Assembly: GCF_006345805.1 (NCBI RefSeq)
Contig: NW_021834392.1
Coordinates: forward strand, 1-48,646
DNA: 48,646 nucleotides
Direction of reading: 5' to 3'
Origin: Octopus sinensis
Taxonomy: Eukaryota
Positions 12,090-24,241 of this stretch are shown here, piece after piece. Both the position numbers and the translations under genes were made by a program. The notes beneath the pieces were generated by a model, which searched no databases, was not told the origin of the DNA, and saw only the letters and a program-made list of their open reading frames with translations. The stretch's first letter is position 1, and each line of letters opens with the position of its first letter.

Positions 12090-12275
12090 AGACGGGTAAG
12101 GGTGATTAGGTGATGGTCTAGGGCTTAGGGGTGGGAGACCCCAGACCTTGGAAGAAAAAAACTTTGGTCGTCTTGTTGTAATCGAGGGCTCTTCGTTGAT
12201 GCCCGACACCACTGGGAGGTGGCCCTCGAAGTCGCTGGAAATGGAGATCTCCAGGTCCAAATTCTTGGACGGCTG
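12090..12275 (-). other. Unique GC3-rich island, possible coding exon of an unidentified host gene
   Basis: Minus-strand frame PSKNLDLEISISSDFEGHLPVVSGINEEPSITTRRPK with most third codon positions G/C; catcag acceptor-like site upstream; no protein family recognised. Confidence 0.35.
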
Positions 12276-12279
12276 ATGT

Positions 12280-12842
12280 CGGTGGTGGGAGTGGTGGTAG
12301 TGAACATGATTGTTCTATGGTTGTGGTGGAGGCGAGGGTGGTGTTTCGTAGACGTGGGGGTATTGGTAATAATGTTATGGTCGATGATAGTGGTGCTTTG
12401 TGATGTGTTTGACCGTGAAGGCCACGGTGGTAGTGACAGCGTTTGATGGTTTTAGTTGGGGTAATGATGGTAGTAGTAGTAGCAATAGTGGTGTTTGATG
12501 GTTGTAATGGTTGAAGTGATGGTAATTCTTGATGATGATGGTGGTGGTGATACAATTTGCGTTTGATGGTTGTAATGGTAGTGGTAGTAGCAAAATTGGC
12601 GTCTGATGGTTGTAGCTGGAGATTTGATTGAGAGCGATGGTTGATGGCGGATGAGGCGATGGTGGATGAGGTGATGTTAGCGGTAGAAACGCTTCATCAT
12701 ACTCGTGATGATGATGATGATAATTGTGTTTCATTGATAGAGTCTTTGAAAGAAGGGCATGGGTAGTAGTTTTAGTAGTAGTAGAAGAAGAAGAAAAAGA
12801 AGAAGTAGTAGTAGTATTAATAGTAGAAGAAGAAGAAGAAGC

Positions 12843-12883
<41 letters not shown>

Positions 12884-12930
12884 AATAGTAGTAGTAGTAG
12901 AAAGAGATTGCGAGTGTAGCGGTGGGGAGT
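12280..12930. repeat. Cryptic (GGT/GAT)n then (AGT)n/(AGA)n tract
   Basis: Direct reading. Confidence 0.85.
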
Positions 12931-13084
12931 GGTTGAGTTGGTGCCGGCGGAAATAATAGTAGCATCCGATGGTAGTAAGGATGCAGTACTTGGTGTGGGG
13001 TGTCAATGATGGTGCTGTTGCTCTTTTGCTGCTGGTGGCGGCGGTGATAGTTTTGGTGGTGATATTATTTTAAAGACGCTGAAA

Positions 13085-13305
13085 GGCGGGAAAGTGGCAG
13101 AAGCGTTAGCGCACCGGGGAAAACGCTCAGCTGTATTTCTTCGGTCTTTTACGTTTTGCGTTCGAATGCCGTCGAAACTCACTTTGTCTTTCGTCCATTG
13201 CAAGTAGCGATGAAATAAGTACCAGCTGCGCACTGGGGTCGATGTAATCAACCTAGTCCCTCCACCCAAATTTCAGGCCCTGTGCTTATTGCAGAAACGA
13301 TTATA
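13085..13305 (+). mobile_element. SINE family B (MetaSINE/Sauria-like central domain), tail type 1
   Basis: Head ggcgggaaagtggcagaagcgttag; aagtaccagctgcgcactggggtcgatgtaatc core; tail caggccctgtgcttattgcagaaacg. Confidence 0.75.
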
Positions 13306-13779
13306 ATAACAGTTAGATGAAGCAGGTATTAGCTCTAAGTTCAAATCTAATTGCGTCAAAACCTATGATCAATGGCTTTCCAACTTTGACCATCCTTTTC
13401 TAGACCAAAAACGGCATTGTCTAAAGTTAGCTCTTCAACTTTGGATGACATGCGAGGCAATCTGGTTTCGATTTCTAGCATATCAGCGCGGTCATTGACG
13501 TCAGTGTTGTCTAGTTCCTATCAGCTCTTATCGAAAAGATCCAACACCAAACTGATTCCCTCCTTGACCACCCCCTATGAGCAGACAACTCTGAAACGGT
13601 TTCTACAATATGTCACATTCTAAAACGTGAGGATACGATTTGAAGTAGATGCGGGTTGCTATTTCTAGCGTGGGGTGTGTGTTTAATTGTAGATAAGGGC
13701 GCCCTGTACTTGGTGGGTATGGTATTCGGTGGGGTTTCATATTGGCCCTGGTTGGCACAAGTAGCTGATGATGGTAGTT

Positions 13780-14075
13780 GTGGTGGCGGTAGTGGTGATG
13801 GTGGTAGGGCTGGTGTTGGTGGTGATGGTGGTGGTTGTGATTGAGGTGGTTCTGGTGGTGATACTGAAAAGGAGTTTGTGGTAGCAGTGGTGACGGTGGT
13901 GCTAGAGGTGGCGATTGTGCTAGTAGCAGCGACGGGGCTAGAGGTTGTACGGATGGTGGTACAGGAGGTGGTGGTGAGGCTGATGGTGGAAGTGCTGGAG
14001 AGGTGGTGGACAGCAATGCTGGTGGTGGAGCTGATGGTGTTAGTGTAATGGTGGTAGTGGAAATAATGGTTATGG
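13780..14075. repeat. (GGT)-rich cryptic repeat
   Basis: Direct reading. Confidence 0.8.
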
Positions 14076-14154
14076 GAGCGAATTCTTGTTAATGGTTTGC
14101 GTGTGGGAATGAGGGGAGATAGGGACAAAGATAGAGAGAAAGAGAAAGAGAAAG

Positions 14155-14204
<50 letters not shown>

Positions 14205-14320
14205 CAAATAAGGAATACATAGGGAGGTGAACGAAGAGCGAACGAATTACAAGAGAGTGATTTTGATAAGGATACAGCGAACGAGATAAATAATGAAAGA
14301 AACAGGGAAAGTTAGAGATG

Positions 14321-14361
<41 letters not shown>

Positions 14362-14425
14362 GGGCGAAGGGAGAGAGACAGAGGCGTAAAACAGCATAGT
14401 AACTAAAAAAAGTACTAATGGAGTG

Positions 14426-14520
14426 GATTGGCGGGAAATGGGAATAAGATGGCGGGAAAGAGAAGACAATGGCGGGAAAAAGGGAAGTGGACGGGAAAGG
14501 CGAAGAAGATGGCGGCAAAC
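14426..14520. repeat. Degenerate ~20-bp minisatellite carrying GGCGGGAAA motifs
   Basis: GGCGGGAAA at 14430, 14451 and 14471; variants at 14490 and 14511. Confidence 0.7.
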
Positions 14521-14879
14521 ATCTATTTCATTTTGTTATCGATTAGCAATCGTTCCGATATTAGTTGCTACATCGATTCACTGAATCGCCTCTCTTCTGC
14601 AGATTCACTAAAAACCCTGTCTTTCACTCGCACTAACCTTTTACCTCTGTTTCACATACATATACACATATACACAACACATTTATACATACGTACATAC
14701 ATTCATACATATTGATATAGATATAGTTGTGCATAAATGTATATATGTGTATACACCACACACACACATGCACACACACACACTCACACACACACACATG
14801 AATTCGCATAAACATATATGCATGCATACAAACAATACATACACGCACACAATCTAAAAATATGCATACATACGTGGAT

Positions 14880-14943
14880 TATATATATATATATATATTC
14901 ATATATATATATTCATATATATATATATATATATTCATATATA

Positions 14944-14993
<50 letters not shown>

Positions 14994-15526
14994 CAACACA
15001 TACATACATACACACACCACATATATATATATACACGTATGCATATATACAAATATCGATATGTGTATATACACAAAGGTCCGTACAACTTCTCGTACAC
15101 AAAGCCATGTAAACTGTCATACAAACACACGCATATACTAACACTTACAAGCATGTACGCATACTTAAATTCTTACATAAGAAAATTTCAATACATACAC
15201 ATCCACCCGCGTGCAAGCACTCACATATGTTTATACGCCCACATTGATACATATATATATATATATAATACATATCTACATACGTGCATAACTAGTCTGC
15301 CTTGCACATATACATGCGTATGAAGTTCATCAATACTTACATAAATACTTGTTACTCATAGATGGAAACATGTTATATATATATATATATATGTGTGGTG
15401 TATTTATATATATATATGTATACATATATATATATATATATATTAGATATATATATAATATTATATATATGTATTTTATATTATATATATATGTATATAT
15501 ATATATGTATATATATATATAATATA

Positions 15527-15560
<34 letters not shown>
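14880..15560. repeat. (TA)n-rich blocks with intervening CA/TA low complexity
   Basis: Direct reading. Confidence 0.85.
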
Positions 15561-15561
<1 letters not shown>

Positions 15562-15779
15562 TATTTAGTTATATACATATGTATGTGTTGTGTGTGTGTG
15601 TGTGTGTGTGTATAAGTAAATGAATCGTCCGTCATTTAAGACGACGAGTACTCTGGTGAATCGATCGACTGATACACCTATTCTTTGAATTCTAGAGTAA
15701 GTAGGTGATATTTCCGAGACACGTGTAGCCTTAAAAGAATTCTCAGGCTGAATCGACTCGATACAGTGTTTGGAACAGC

Positions 15780-16140
15780 TGACCCTTTCAAAGAACGATC
15801 CCATCTATCGGACGACTATCTACAGAATTTCTTCTGTTAGCGTAAATCCATACATAAGTAAAAGTAGAAATCTCTGATATACTTTGAAACAGATCTCTCA
15901 CGCACTATTTCTTAGAACACATAACAATCACGAACTTGACCCTCGAAAGGAACAATTCTTCACTCCCTTCTTAACTACCGACATAGAAACACAATTCATA
16001 GCTGGTTCTTAACTGCCCATTCACTTTGTGTGCATTTAGAAGCTATCCTCGTCTCTCAAGCTTTCTATGCTCTCTTTCCTTAGATGAAGGACAAACGTCC
16101 GAAACGTTGACATCTCTTTCTGTTAAAGAAGCAAACTAAT
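15780..16140 (+). mobile_element. Penelope-like element relic: GIY-YIG C-terminus plus terminal hammerhead-like motif
   Basis: KNDPIYRTTIYRISSVSVNPYISKSRNL*YTLKQ (decayed GIY-YIG) and NYRHRNTIHSWFL (R..ES.FI motif), then GATGAAGGAC-AAAC-GTCCGAAACGT. Confidence 0.55.
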
Positions 16141-16196
16141 GCCACATCTTAAAAGAATGGTTTTTCATGCGTTGTCTACATTTTTAATGTACATTT

Positions 16197-16197
<1 letters not shown>

Positions 16198-16292
<95 letters not shown>
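16198..16292. repeat. (TATC)n microsatellite
   Basis: Perfect array. Confidence 0.97.
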
Positions 16293-16999
16293 ATATATAT
16301 ATATACAATCCTCACACACATACGACCAGACAATCACATACATATACATATTTATACACACACGCACACACACACACATAGATATGTATCTGTGAGGATA
16401 CATATATATACGTATATATATATATATGTATATATATGACATATATGATGTGTATATATATATATATATATATGCATATGCATATGTATCTTTGTATGAA
16501 TGAACTGGTACATTAGATTTTACGGAAGATCTAAGTGCAGTGCAGGATACTTTTAATAAAATTGTCCCGTTTCCTAGAAGAAAAATAATTGAATTGGTGG
16601 TCTTCTTTAAACACAACCTCTAGGTCGTTGCTAAAATGTTTTAAGATTATATACTTATGGTCGTCAGAGGGCTCAGTTGAAAAACAGCTAAAAAATTATG
16701 TTGTAAAATTATTATCTTCCCAGAAAATCATTGAATATTGAACAGAATCCGTTTTGTTGTGACTGTTCGACAAACCATAAGTATTAGCAAATAAGAACTT
16801 TAAATTTTATTTTAGGGGTCACTAAATATCAATATATATATATATATATATATATGTGGGTCCGTGGTAAGAAGCTTACTTGGAAACCACATAATTCCGA
16901 GTTCAGTCCCATTGCATGGCATCTAGATAAAGAGCTTGGGTCCGACTAAAGATATATATATATATTTAGTGTATATATACATATATATACATATTTATA

Positions 17000-17404
17000 G
17001 GCGCAGGCGTGGCTGTGTGGTAAGAAGCTTGCTTCCCAATTACATGTTTCCCGGTTCAGTCCCACTGCGCAGCACCTTCTACTATAGCCTTGTGAGTAGA
17101 GTTAGTAGCCGGAAACTGAAATGAGCCTGTCGTATATATATATATATATATATATATACAAACATACATGCATATATGTATGTGTGTATATATATGTTTG
17201 TGTGCCTATGTTTGCCTCCCCCCACCATCGCTAGACAACCGATGTTGGTGTGTTTGCGTCCCCGTAACATAGCGGCTCGGCAAAAAAAGACCAATAGAAT
17301 AAGTACTGGGCTTACAAAGAGTAAGTCCCGGGGTCGATTTGTTCGACTAAAGCCGGTGCTCCAGTATGGCCTCAGTCAAATGACTTAAACATGTAAAAGA
17401 GTAC
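17000..17404 (+). mobile_element. SINE family A, near full length
   Basis: ggcgcaggcgtggctgtgtggtaagaagc head through ccagtatggcctcagtcaaatgac tail, with internal TA repeat. Confidence 0.9.
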
Positions 17405-17686
17405 ATGTGTGTGTGTGTGTGTATGCATGTGTCTGTGTAAGTGTGCGTGTGTGCGTATTTATATAATATCAACTTGGTAACAACCTCATTACGTGGTTTC
17501 AAAGCCACTCACCTGATGGCGTGCGATACATACCTAGCCCTGGATCTTATTTATTAATATTATACTTATGTTATTGATTAATATGGAAACTCAACACTAT
17601 TACTAATGTAGAAAAATAATTTTTGTGATTTGCGACTGAAAGCTGTTATTTTCATCTTTTTGATTTTATAAATTTATACTTATACA

Positions 17687-17733
<47 letters not shown>

Positions 17734-17741
17734 ATCTATCT
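17687..17741. repeat. (TATC)n, left flank of the Tx1-like LINE
   Basis: Ends in atctatctatatctatct. Confidence 0.95.
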
Positions 17742-18976
17742 TTTGTTGAAGGGAAGCGTTCGGATGGTTAGGCGATCCATTTGCTGTCAACACCCGCTAA
17801 TTGGAGGGCTAGGCATGCCGTGGTTGATGATGTGCAGACATGCGCTGAGACTGCGTCATCTCCGGCACTTCATAGACGACGGTGAACAGGTGTGGTCACA
17901 GTTTGTGCGGCACGTTTTCCCGCAGCTCGTCCCTCTGGCAGAACTGCAGTCGTGGATCAAACAGAGACCGAAGCTAGGCGAATGGCACCGCGAATGTCGC
18001 GTTGCTCTCAAGCAACTCTGCCGTCTTCACTTGTGCGACTTCATTACAATAAAGCGTTCTATAGAGGATTAGTGGAGGGGAGGTGCGACAACATTCTCGG
18101 GCAGAATCTGGACGAGGAACACCTGACCCGCCTGTTTAGGGCATCTTTCAGGCCGGGACCTATGGACATTCACCAAAGATCCCTGGCCTGGCAGTGCTAT
18201 CGAGAAGCATTACCCGTTCGGGATAAAATCTACAGGCACGGTTCGACACACATCGGACCGACTTGCCCGAGATGCGGTCAGCGCGACGAAACCATTCTTC
18301 AGGTACTCGTGCAATGTCCAACCATTTCGGACCTGTGGGCTTATGCCGAACGGCTGCTGTCACGTGTGGGACGAGTCCGCCTGTCGGCCGAGTCTATTGT
18401 GTAAGCAGATCTGCCACCTTCCTTCAACCGGGAAGGCAAGGCAGTCTTCAACATACTGGTGGACATGGTGAAAGAATGTGTGTGGTGGACCCGAGCGAAA
18501 GGTTTAGAGACAAACACCTACCTCTCTGGCCAATCGTTCATCAACTTATTCAAGTACCACTTGAAAAGGAAGGTGAGAATAGAGAGGCAGGTTTTGTCTC
18601 GTGAAAATTTCAATAAAAGGTGGGTGAATGTAGAAAAGATGGTTCGTGCGAATGACGAAACCACTTTAAGCTTGATCCTGTAAATCGGAAAGAGAGAGAG
18701 AGGAGAGCACTTTGCTCTCATGTGTTTATTCCTCCCCTGCCTAAGGTTACCGTGGTCTTTTCCGTTGGCTTTTCTTTCCACTCATAAACCTAATCTTGCT
18801 TTTTGCACTTTTAAAATTTTTTCTGTGATCCATGATCTCTTTAGATTCATTTCTTTCTTACGATCATTTTTGATCGGAATTTTATTCCCTCTCCTTTTCT
18901 TTTCTATTTTCGTAAAGAAAAGCTCTACATTGTATTTTGTGCCCTCTGTGTTCGGCCCTGTGTGGCTAGTAAACTT
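17742..18976 (+). mobile_element. Tx1/L1-clade LINE, 5'-truncated (ORF2 C-terminus with zf-RVT, 3' UTR)
   Basis: LLKGSVRMVRRSICCQHPLIGGLGMP (GGLG motif); frameshift near 18030-18050; RSLAWQCYREALPVRDKIY...CPRC-x8-(Q for H)-x4-C; in-frame stop at 18402-18404; ORF ends at 18683; ~290-nt 3' UTR. Confidence 0.9.
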
Positions 18977-19190
<214 letters not shown>

Positions 19191-19280
19191 TTATCCATCA
19201 TTTGTGCATCCCCTCTTTAAATCCAATGATAGAAGACAACCATAAGAAATTGTAACACAATATACACCAAGAAATTTTGA

Positions 19281-19583
19281 GAAAAGAAGAAGAAGAAGAA
19301 AAATAGGAAAAAGAGGTGGAGGAAGAAGAAGAGGAAGATTAAGAAGGGAAAGAAGAGGAGGAGGAGGTGAAGGAACAAGAAAAGGAAGAAGAAGAAGAAG
19401 AAGAAGAAGAAGAAAAATAGGAAAAAGAGGTGGAGGAAGAAGAAGAAGAATAATAAGAAGGGAAAGAAGAGGAGGAGGAGGTGAAGGAAGAAGGAGGAGA
19501 AGAAGAAGAAGAAGAAGAAGAAAAAGAAGAAGAAAAAGAAGAAAAAGAAGAAGAAGAATAAGAAGAAAAAGAAGAAGAAGAAG
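19281..19583. repeat. (GAA/GAG)n tract with an internal ~114-bp duplication
   Basis: aaataggaaaaagaggtggaggaagaag at 19301 and 19415. Confidence 0.9.
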
Positions 19584-20342
19584 TGTAGGTTGAGAAAAAT
19601 GTACACAATTCCGCTAATGTCAGGTCAATATATTTGCACTGATGTTTTTCATTTCATTTCATGCAATAGTAATACCAACCGTTACAATCTTCGTGTACCA
19701 ATCATGGCACTAAAATTTACCATAACGACAATAACAACTAGAAATGCTAAGAAGAAAAAAAATAACAAAATAAAAAAAAAAAAGCTGTAATGCTAAAGAC
19801 GGCAGCGGCGGCGGCGACGGCGACGGCAGTTGTGGTGGTGAAACGGGAGAGGTGTAGAGCAAAACGAAAATGAAAAAGCGAAAACGAAAGTGAAACTAGA
19901 AGAGGTTAAAGCATATAAAGAGGAAAAGAAAAAAAAATCATAAATCGTTATTTCAACATGGACAAACGAAAAGTGTTTATGATTTTTAAAGATTTACTCT
20001 GTCTATCTGCAAATGATTTCCGATAAAATGTTTAGTGGTTTTGATATATAGTCTTAATTGTTTAAATGGCCACAAACAGCTATTCCCCGCTGGTAAGTAC
20101 TGTAAGTAATCTAACGTATTAGATGAATTCATGCAAAATTGTACACACACACACACACACACATCTACATGTTTAAGTACTTTATTGAATATAACACACA
20201 TACACACACACTCTTTCTTTCTCTCCCTACCTCCCCCTCTCTCTTTATATATGAATATATGAATATATATATATATGAATGAGTACATGTATATTACCGT
20301 CTGTCTGTCTGTATCTATCTATATATTTTTGTATTAATCTGT

Positions 20343-20780
<438 letters not shown>

Positions 20781-20960
20781 CTATTTATATAAGTGTGTGT
20801 GTTTGTGCTTGTGTGTCTATGGGTCAGTGCACGCGCACGTGTCTGTATCCACTACCGATGCCATTTTGTTTTCTCGCAGACCCTAGATTCTGCGAGTGTC
20901 TACCAAGGACGGTTGACAAGATTGCCCGGCAGATGAACAGAACCGCATCGGAACAAGTTC

Positions 20961-21534
20961 TAAACACAGAGGGCACAAACAAGGACAGACAAACGGATTA
21001 AGTCGATTATATCGACCCCGGTGCGTAACTGGTACTTATTTATTCGACCCCGAAAGGATGAAAGGCAATTTCGACCTCGGCGGAATTTGAACTCATAACG
21101 TAGCGGCAGACGAAATACCTATTTCTTTACTACCCATAAGAGGCTAAACACAGAGAGGACAAACAAGGACAGACAAACGGTTTAAGTCGATTATATCGAC
21201 CCCGGTGCGTAACTGGTACTTATTTATTCGACCCCGAAAGGATGAAAGACAATTTCGACCTCGGCGGAATTTGAACTCAGAACGTAGCGGCAGACGAAAT
21301 ACCTATTTCTTTACTACCCATAAGAGGATAAACACAGAGAGGACAAACAAGGACAGACAAACGGATTAAGTCGATTATATCGACCCCAGTGCGTAACTGG
21401 TACTTATTTATTCGACCCCGAAAGGATGAAAGGCAAAGTCGACCTCGGTGGAATTTGAACTCAGAACGTAACGGCAGACGAAATACAGTTAAGCATTTCG
21501 CCCAACGTGCTAACGTTTCTGCCAATTCGCCGCC
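20961..21534 (-). mobile_element. SINE family B with one head and three tandem 184-bp body units, Tx1-like tail
   Basis: Units start at 20961, 21145 and 21329; head (reverse complement ggcggcgaattggcagaaacgttagc) only at 21490-21534; B box gagttcaaattcc; gtcgat-tat-atcgac hairpin. Confidence 0.92.
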
Positions 21535-21639
21535 TTACTGACTCGTTTCTAGTGATCAAAAAGGTTTGTGCATTTTATCATTCGACTGCGTCAAATCTAC
21601 GTTGTCCGAACAGACGCACGGTGTACAACATGTCAGATG

Positions 21640-21775
21640 TCGACGCGACCGCAGAGCAACGCGGAATGACGTATTTTGCTCAAGAACACAACGCCATTCT
21701 AGGGCCAGAAACTGAAACCCCAATCACGTGATCGCAAATGCAACACCCCCAACCGAGCAGTCACGCGCCCTCGCA
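21640..21775 (-). mobile_element. SINE family C-related degraded fragment
   Basis: gagcaacgcggaatgacgtattttgctcaagaacacaacgc resembles 5460-5505. Confidence 0.6.
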
Positions 21776-22040
21776 TACAGATATATGATAATGCATATAA
21801 AACGACATATTTTTAAACAGATTTTTTATGTCTCGTTAAAAGCATTTGGATAAAAGCCATATTTAAAACGAGAATATGTCCATACAAAAGGCGTAACTTA
21901 TGACTTGTTGAAGTTACGTGTTTATGTACACAGAAAATGGCAGCGAACGATTTGATTGATTAAAAAAAATTAACGCTAGACATTTTTCAACCAATGAAGT
22001 TTCAGCTGAGAGCATTTCCCCCATACCTTAAAATTATATA

Positions 22041-22101
22041 TATTTTATTCTTAAACCTCTTTCAGTCATTTGACACCGGCCATGCTGGAGCATCGGCTTT
22101 A
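22041..22101 (-). mobile_element. Isolated 3' tail of SINE A / CR1-type LINE joined to U6
   Basis: Reverse complement taaagccgatgctccagcatggccggtgtcaaatgactgaaagagg...aagaataaaa matches the tails at 2631-2685, 17347-17400 and 32851-32909. Confidence 0.85.
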
Positions 22102-22105
22102 TTTT

Positions 22106-22200
22106 AAATATGCAACGTTTCACGAATTTGCGTGTCGTCCTTGCGTAAGGGTCATGCTAATCTTCTCTGTATGGTTCCAGTTTTAGAATATGTACTGCCG
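22106..22200 (-). pseudogene. RNU6: U6 snRNA retrocopy (approx. nt 11-105), likely non-functional
   Basis: Reverse complement CGGCAGTACATATTCTAAAACTGGAACCATACAGAGAAGATTAGCATGACCCTTACGCAAGGACGACACGCAAATTCGTGAAACGTTGCATATTT has about 10 mismatches to canonical U6 over 95 nt; ACAGAGA box and AGC triad intact; first 10 nt missing; U74-equivalent changed to C. Confidence 0.95.
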
Positions 22201-22339
22201 TGGGTCTTATAGCTCTTGTTTCTAGCATAGATGCTGTTCCAACACCATCTGTCGTGTTTAATGAGAATAGTAGTTTTCCCTTTTTTGGTGATACATAGCT
22301 AAACAGCTGCCATATTTAATTACACACACAGACACAGAC

Positions 22340-22382
<43 letters not shown>

Positions 22383-22496
22383 CACGCACACACACACACA
22401 CACACACAAGTATTTCAATAAGCACCTCAATATGTAAACTGGATATGCATACATGCAACAGAAAGCAAAGTTTGAAGACTTTCAGACGATGAAATT

Positions 22497-22544
<48 letters not shown>

Positions 22545-22618
22545 TTACATCAATAGGTCCAAATTAACGCAGGATACACACATATATATACACACACACA
22601 CACACGCACAAACACATG

Positions 22619-22667
<49 letters not shown>

Positions 22668-22883
22668 TATATGAATATGTAGACACATACACACACATGT
22701 AGACGTATGTATGTTCGTGTGTCCAGTTATATCACCGACTTTCAGACTTTGGCTGCTGCATGCCTTTGCGCTTTGGTACATGCGTGTTAAAAGAGAAACA
22801 AGTCGAGACAGACCAAGACTAATTTCACAGGCACACACACACACACTCACACACACACACACACACATTCACACACACACAAA

Positions 22884-22914
<31 letters not shown>

Positions 22915-22986
22915 GCATATACGCAGATAGACACAAATTTCTCACTATGTATTTCATTATGTGATTCAATGTGTGAGCTGGATTAG

Positions 22987-23200
22987 GGCGGTGAGGTGGC
23001 GCAATCGTTAACAATGCCGGGCAACATGCTTAGCGGTTCCTAGTTCGTTTTACGTTTTGTGTTCAAATTCCGCTGAGGTCGACTTTGCATTTCATCCGTT
23101 CGAGGTCGATAAAATAAATGCAAGTTGAGCACTGGTGTCAATGTAATAGACCTAACCACTAGCACAGCAATTACTGGCCTTGTGCCATAATTCGAAACCA
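22987..23200 (+). mobile_element. SINE family B, tail type 1
   Basis: ggcggtgaggtggcgcaatcgttaac head; ttcaaattccgctgaggtcgactttgcatttcatcc core; tail ggccttgtgcc. Confidence 0.8.
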
Positions 23201-24209
23201 GTACAAAACCTGATTTACCATTCAGACATTTGAGGAGCAGAACAAAATGGCACTAGACAGTTGTATTCTACAGTAAAATATCCAGATTCTACCAGGAGAG
23301 AGAGATTTACTTTGATGGTTCTCTAGCCGGGATCAACAGCATAATGTCCACTTTAAGACAGAAACAGCATAGATTGTTCCTTGATGGTAATACGCCAATC
23401 TAATGGTGATATGCCAAATATATGAAAGATATGACCTAGTTACGACATTTTGAAGAACATACGGATGGAATTTGGCCAAGATAAATTTCTGAACTGATAA
23501 TAAATGAGCAGAAAGTACTAACCATTCTAGTATTACTGCTAGCCGTAGACTGGCTATTTCTTCGATCTCCATGGCGAATCCATGAAAATGTTTGTTTTGA
23601 TGTTAGTTGTAACGGAATTGTGGAATGTTGTAACCACATAAAAAATGATTAGGTTTATCGGAATTTTCTGCATAAATAATAATAAATCAGTGACTCACAA
23701 TGGGGCTGTGCACTAATAGCTTTAAAAAAACTCTGTCGTATAGTGATGTGTATGAGTACAAACTTGTTACCAGTTCAAGTATGCTTGAAGTTTATTCGAA
23801 CCCGTAAGAAAACCATTCACTGCTGCTTGTCGCGATGAAAACTTCTCTGTGTAGAGAAATATGGAGTAAATACACCGAGTCAGCTGATAGCACCCTCCAA
23901 CCAGAATGTATGACGCATGCACATCGGAGTGATTCTCTCCTCTTCAGCAACAGAGACCGAAATAGCAGATGCTGCGAAATGACACGACAGACAGATCATA
24001 TGATATTCCCGTCATCGCTCAATGACTAGTTACGCTCTTCAGCGGCTCATCGTAAATGAGATACGGGATGGCAGCGCTAAGCATTGATGTATATATATAT
24101 ATATATGTATGTATGTATATATATATATATATTACTCTCTTTTACTCTTTTACTCTTTTACTCTTTTATATATATATAATATATATATATATTATATATA
24201 TATATATAT

Positions 24210-24241
<32 letters not shown>

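Noticed and set aside
20961-21534. Tandem 184-bp units as a CRISPR array or satellite
   Set aside because: No unique spacers, eukaryotic context, and the units are SINE bodies.
22106-22260. Functional U6 gene
   Set aside because: The first 10 nt are missing, there are about 10 substitutions including the U74-equivalent, and no correctly spaced TATA/PSE was recognised upstream.
23300-23600. Possible decayed LINE RT fragment
   Set aside because: Many stops and no diagnostic motif recovered by hand.
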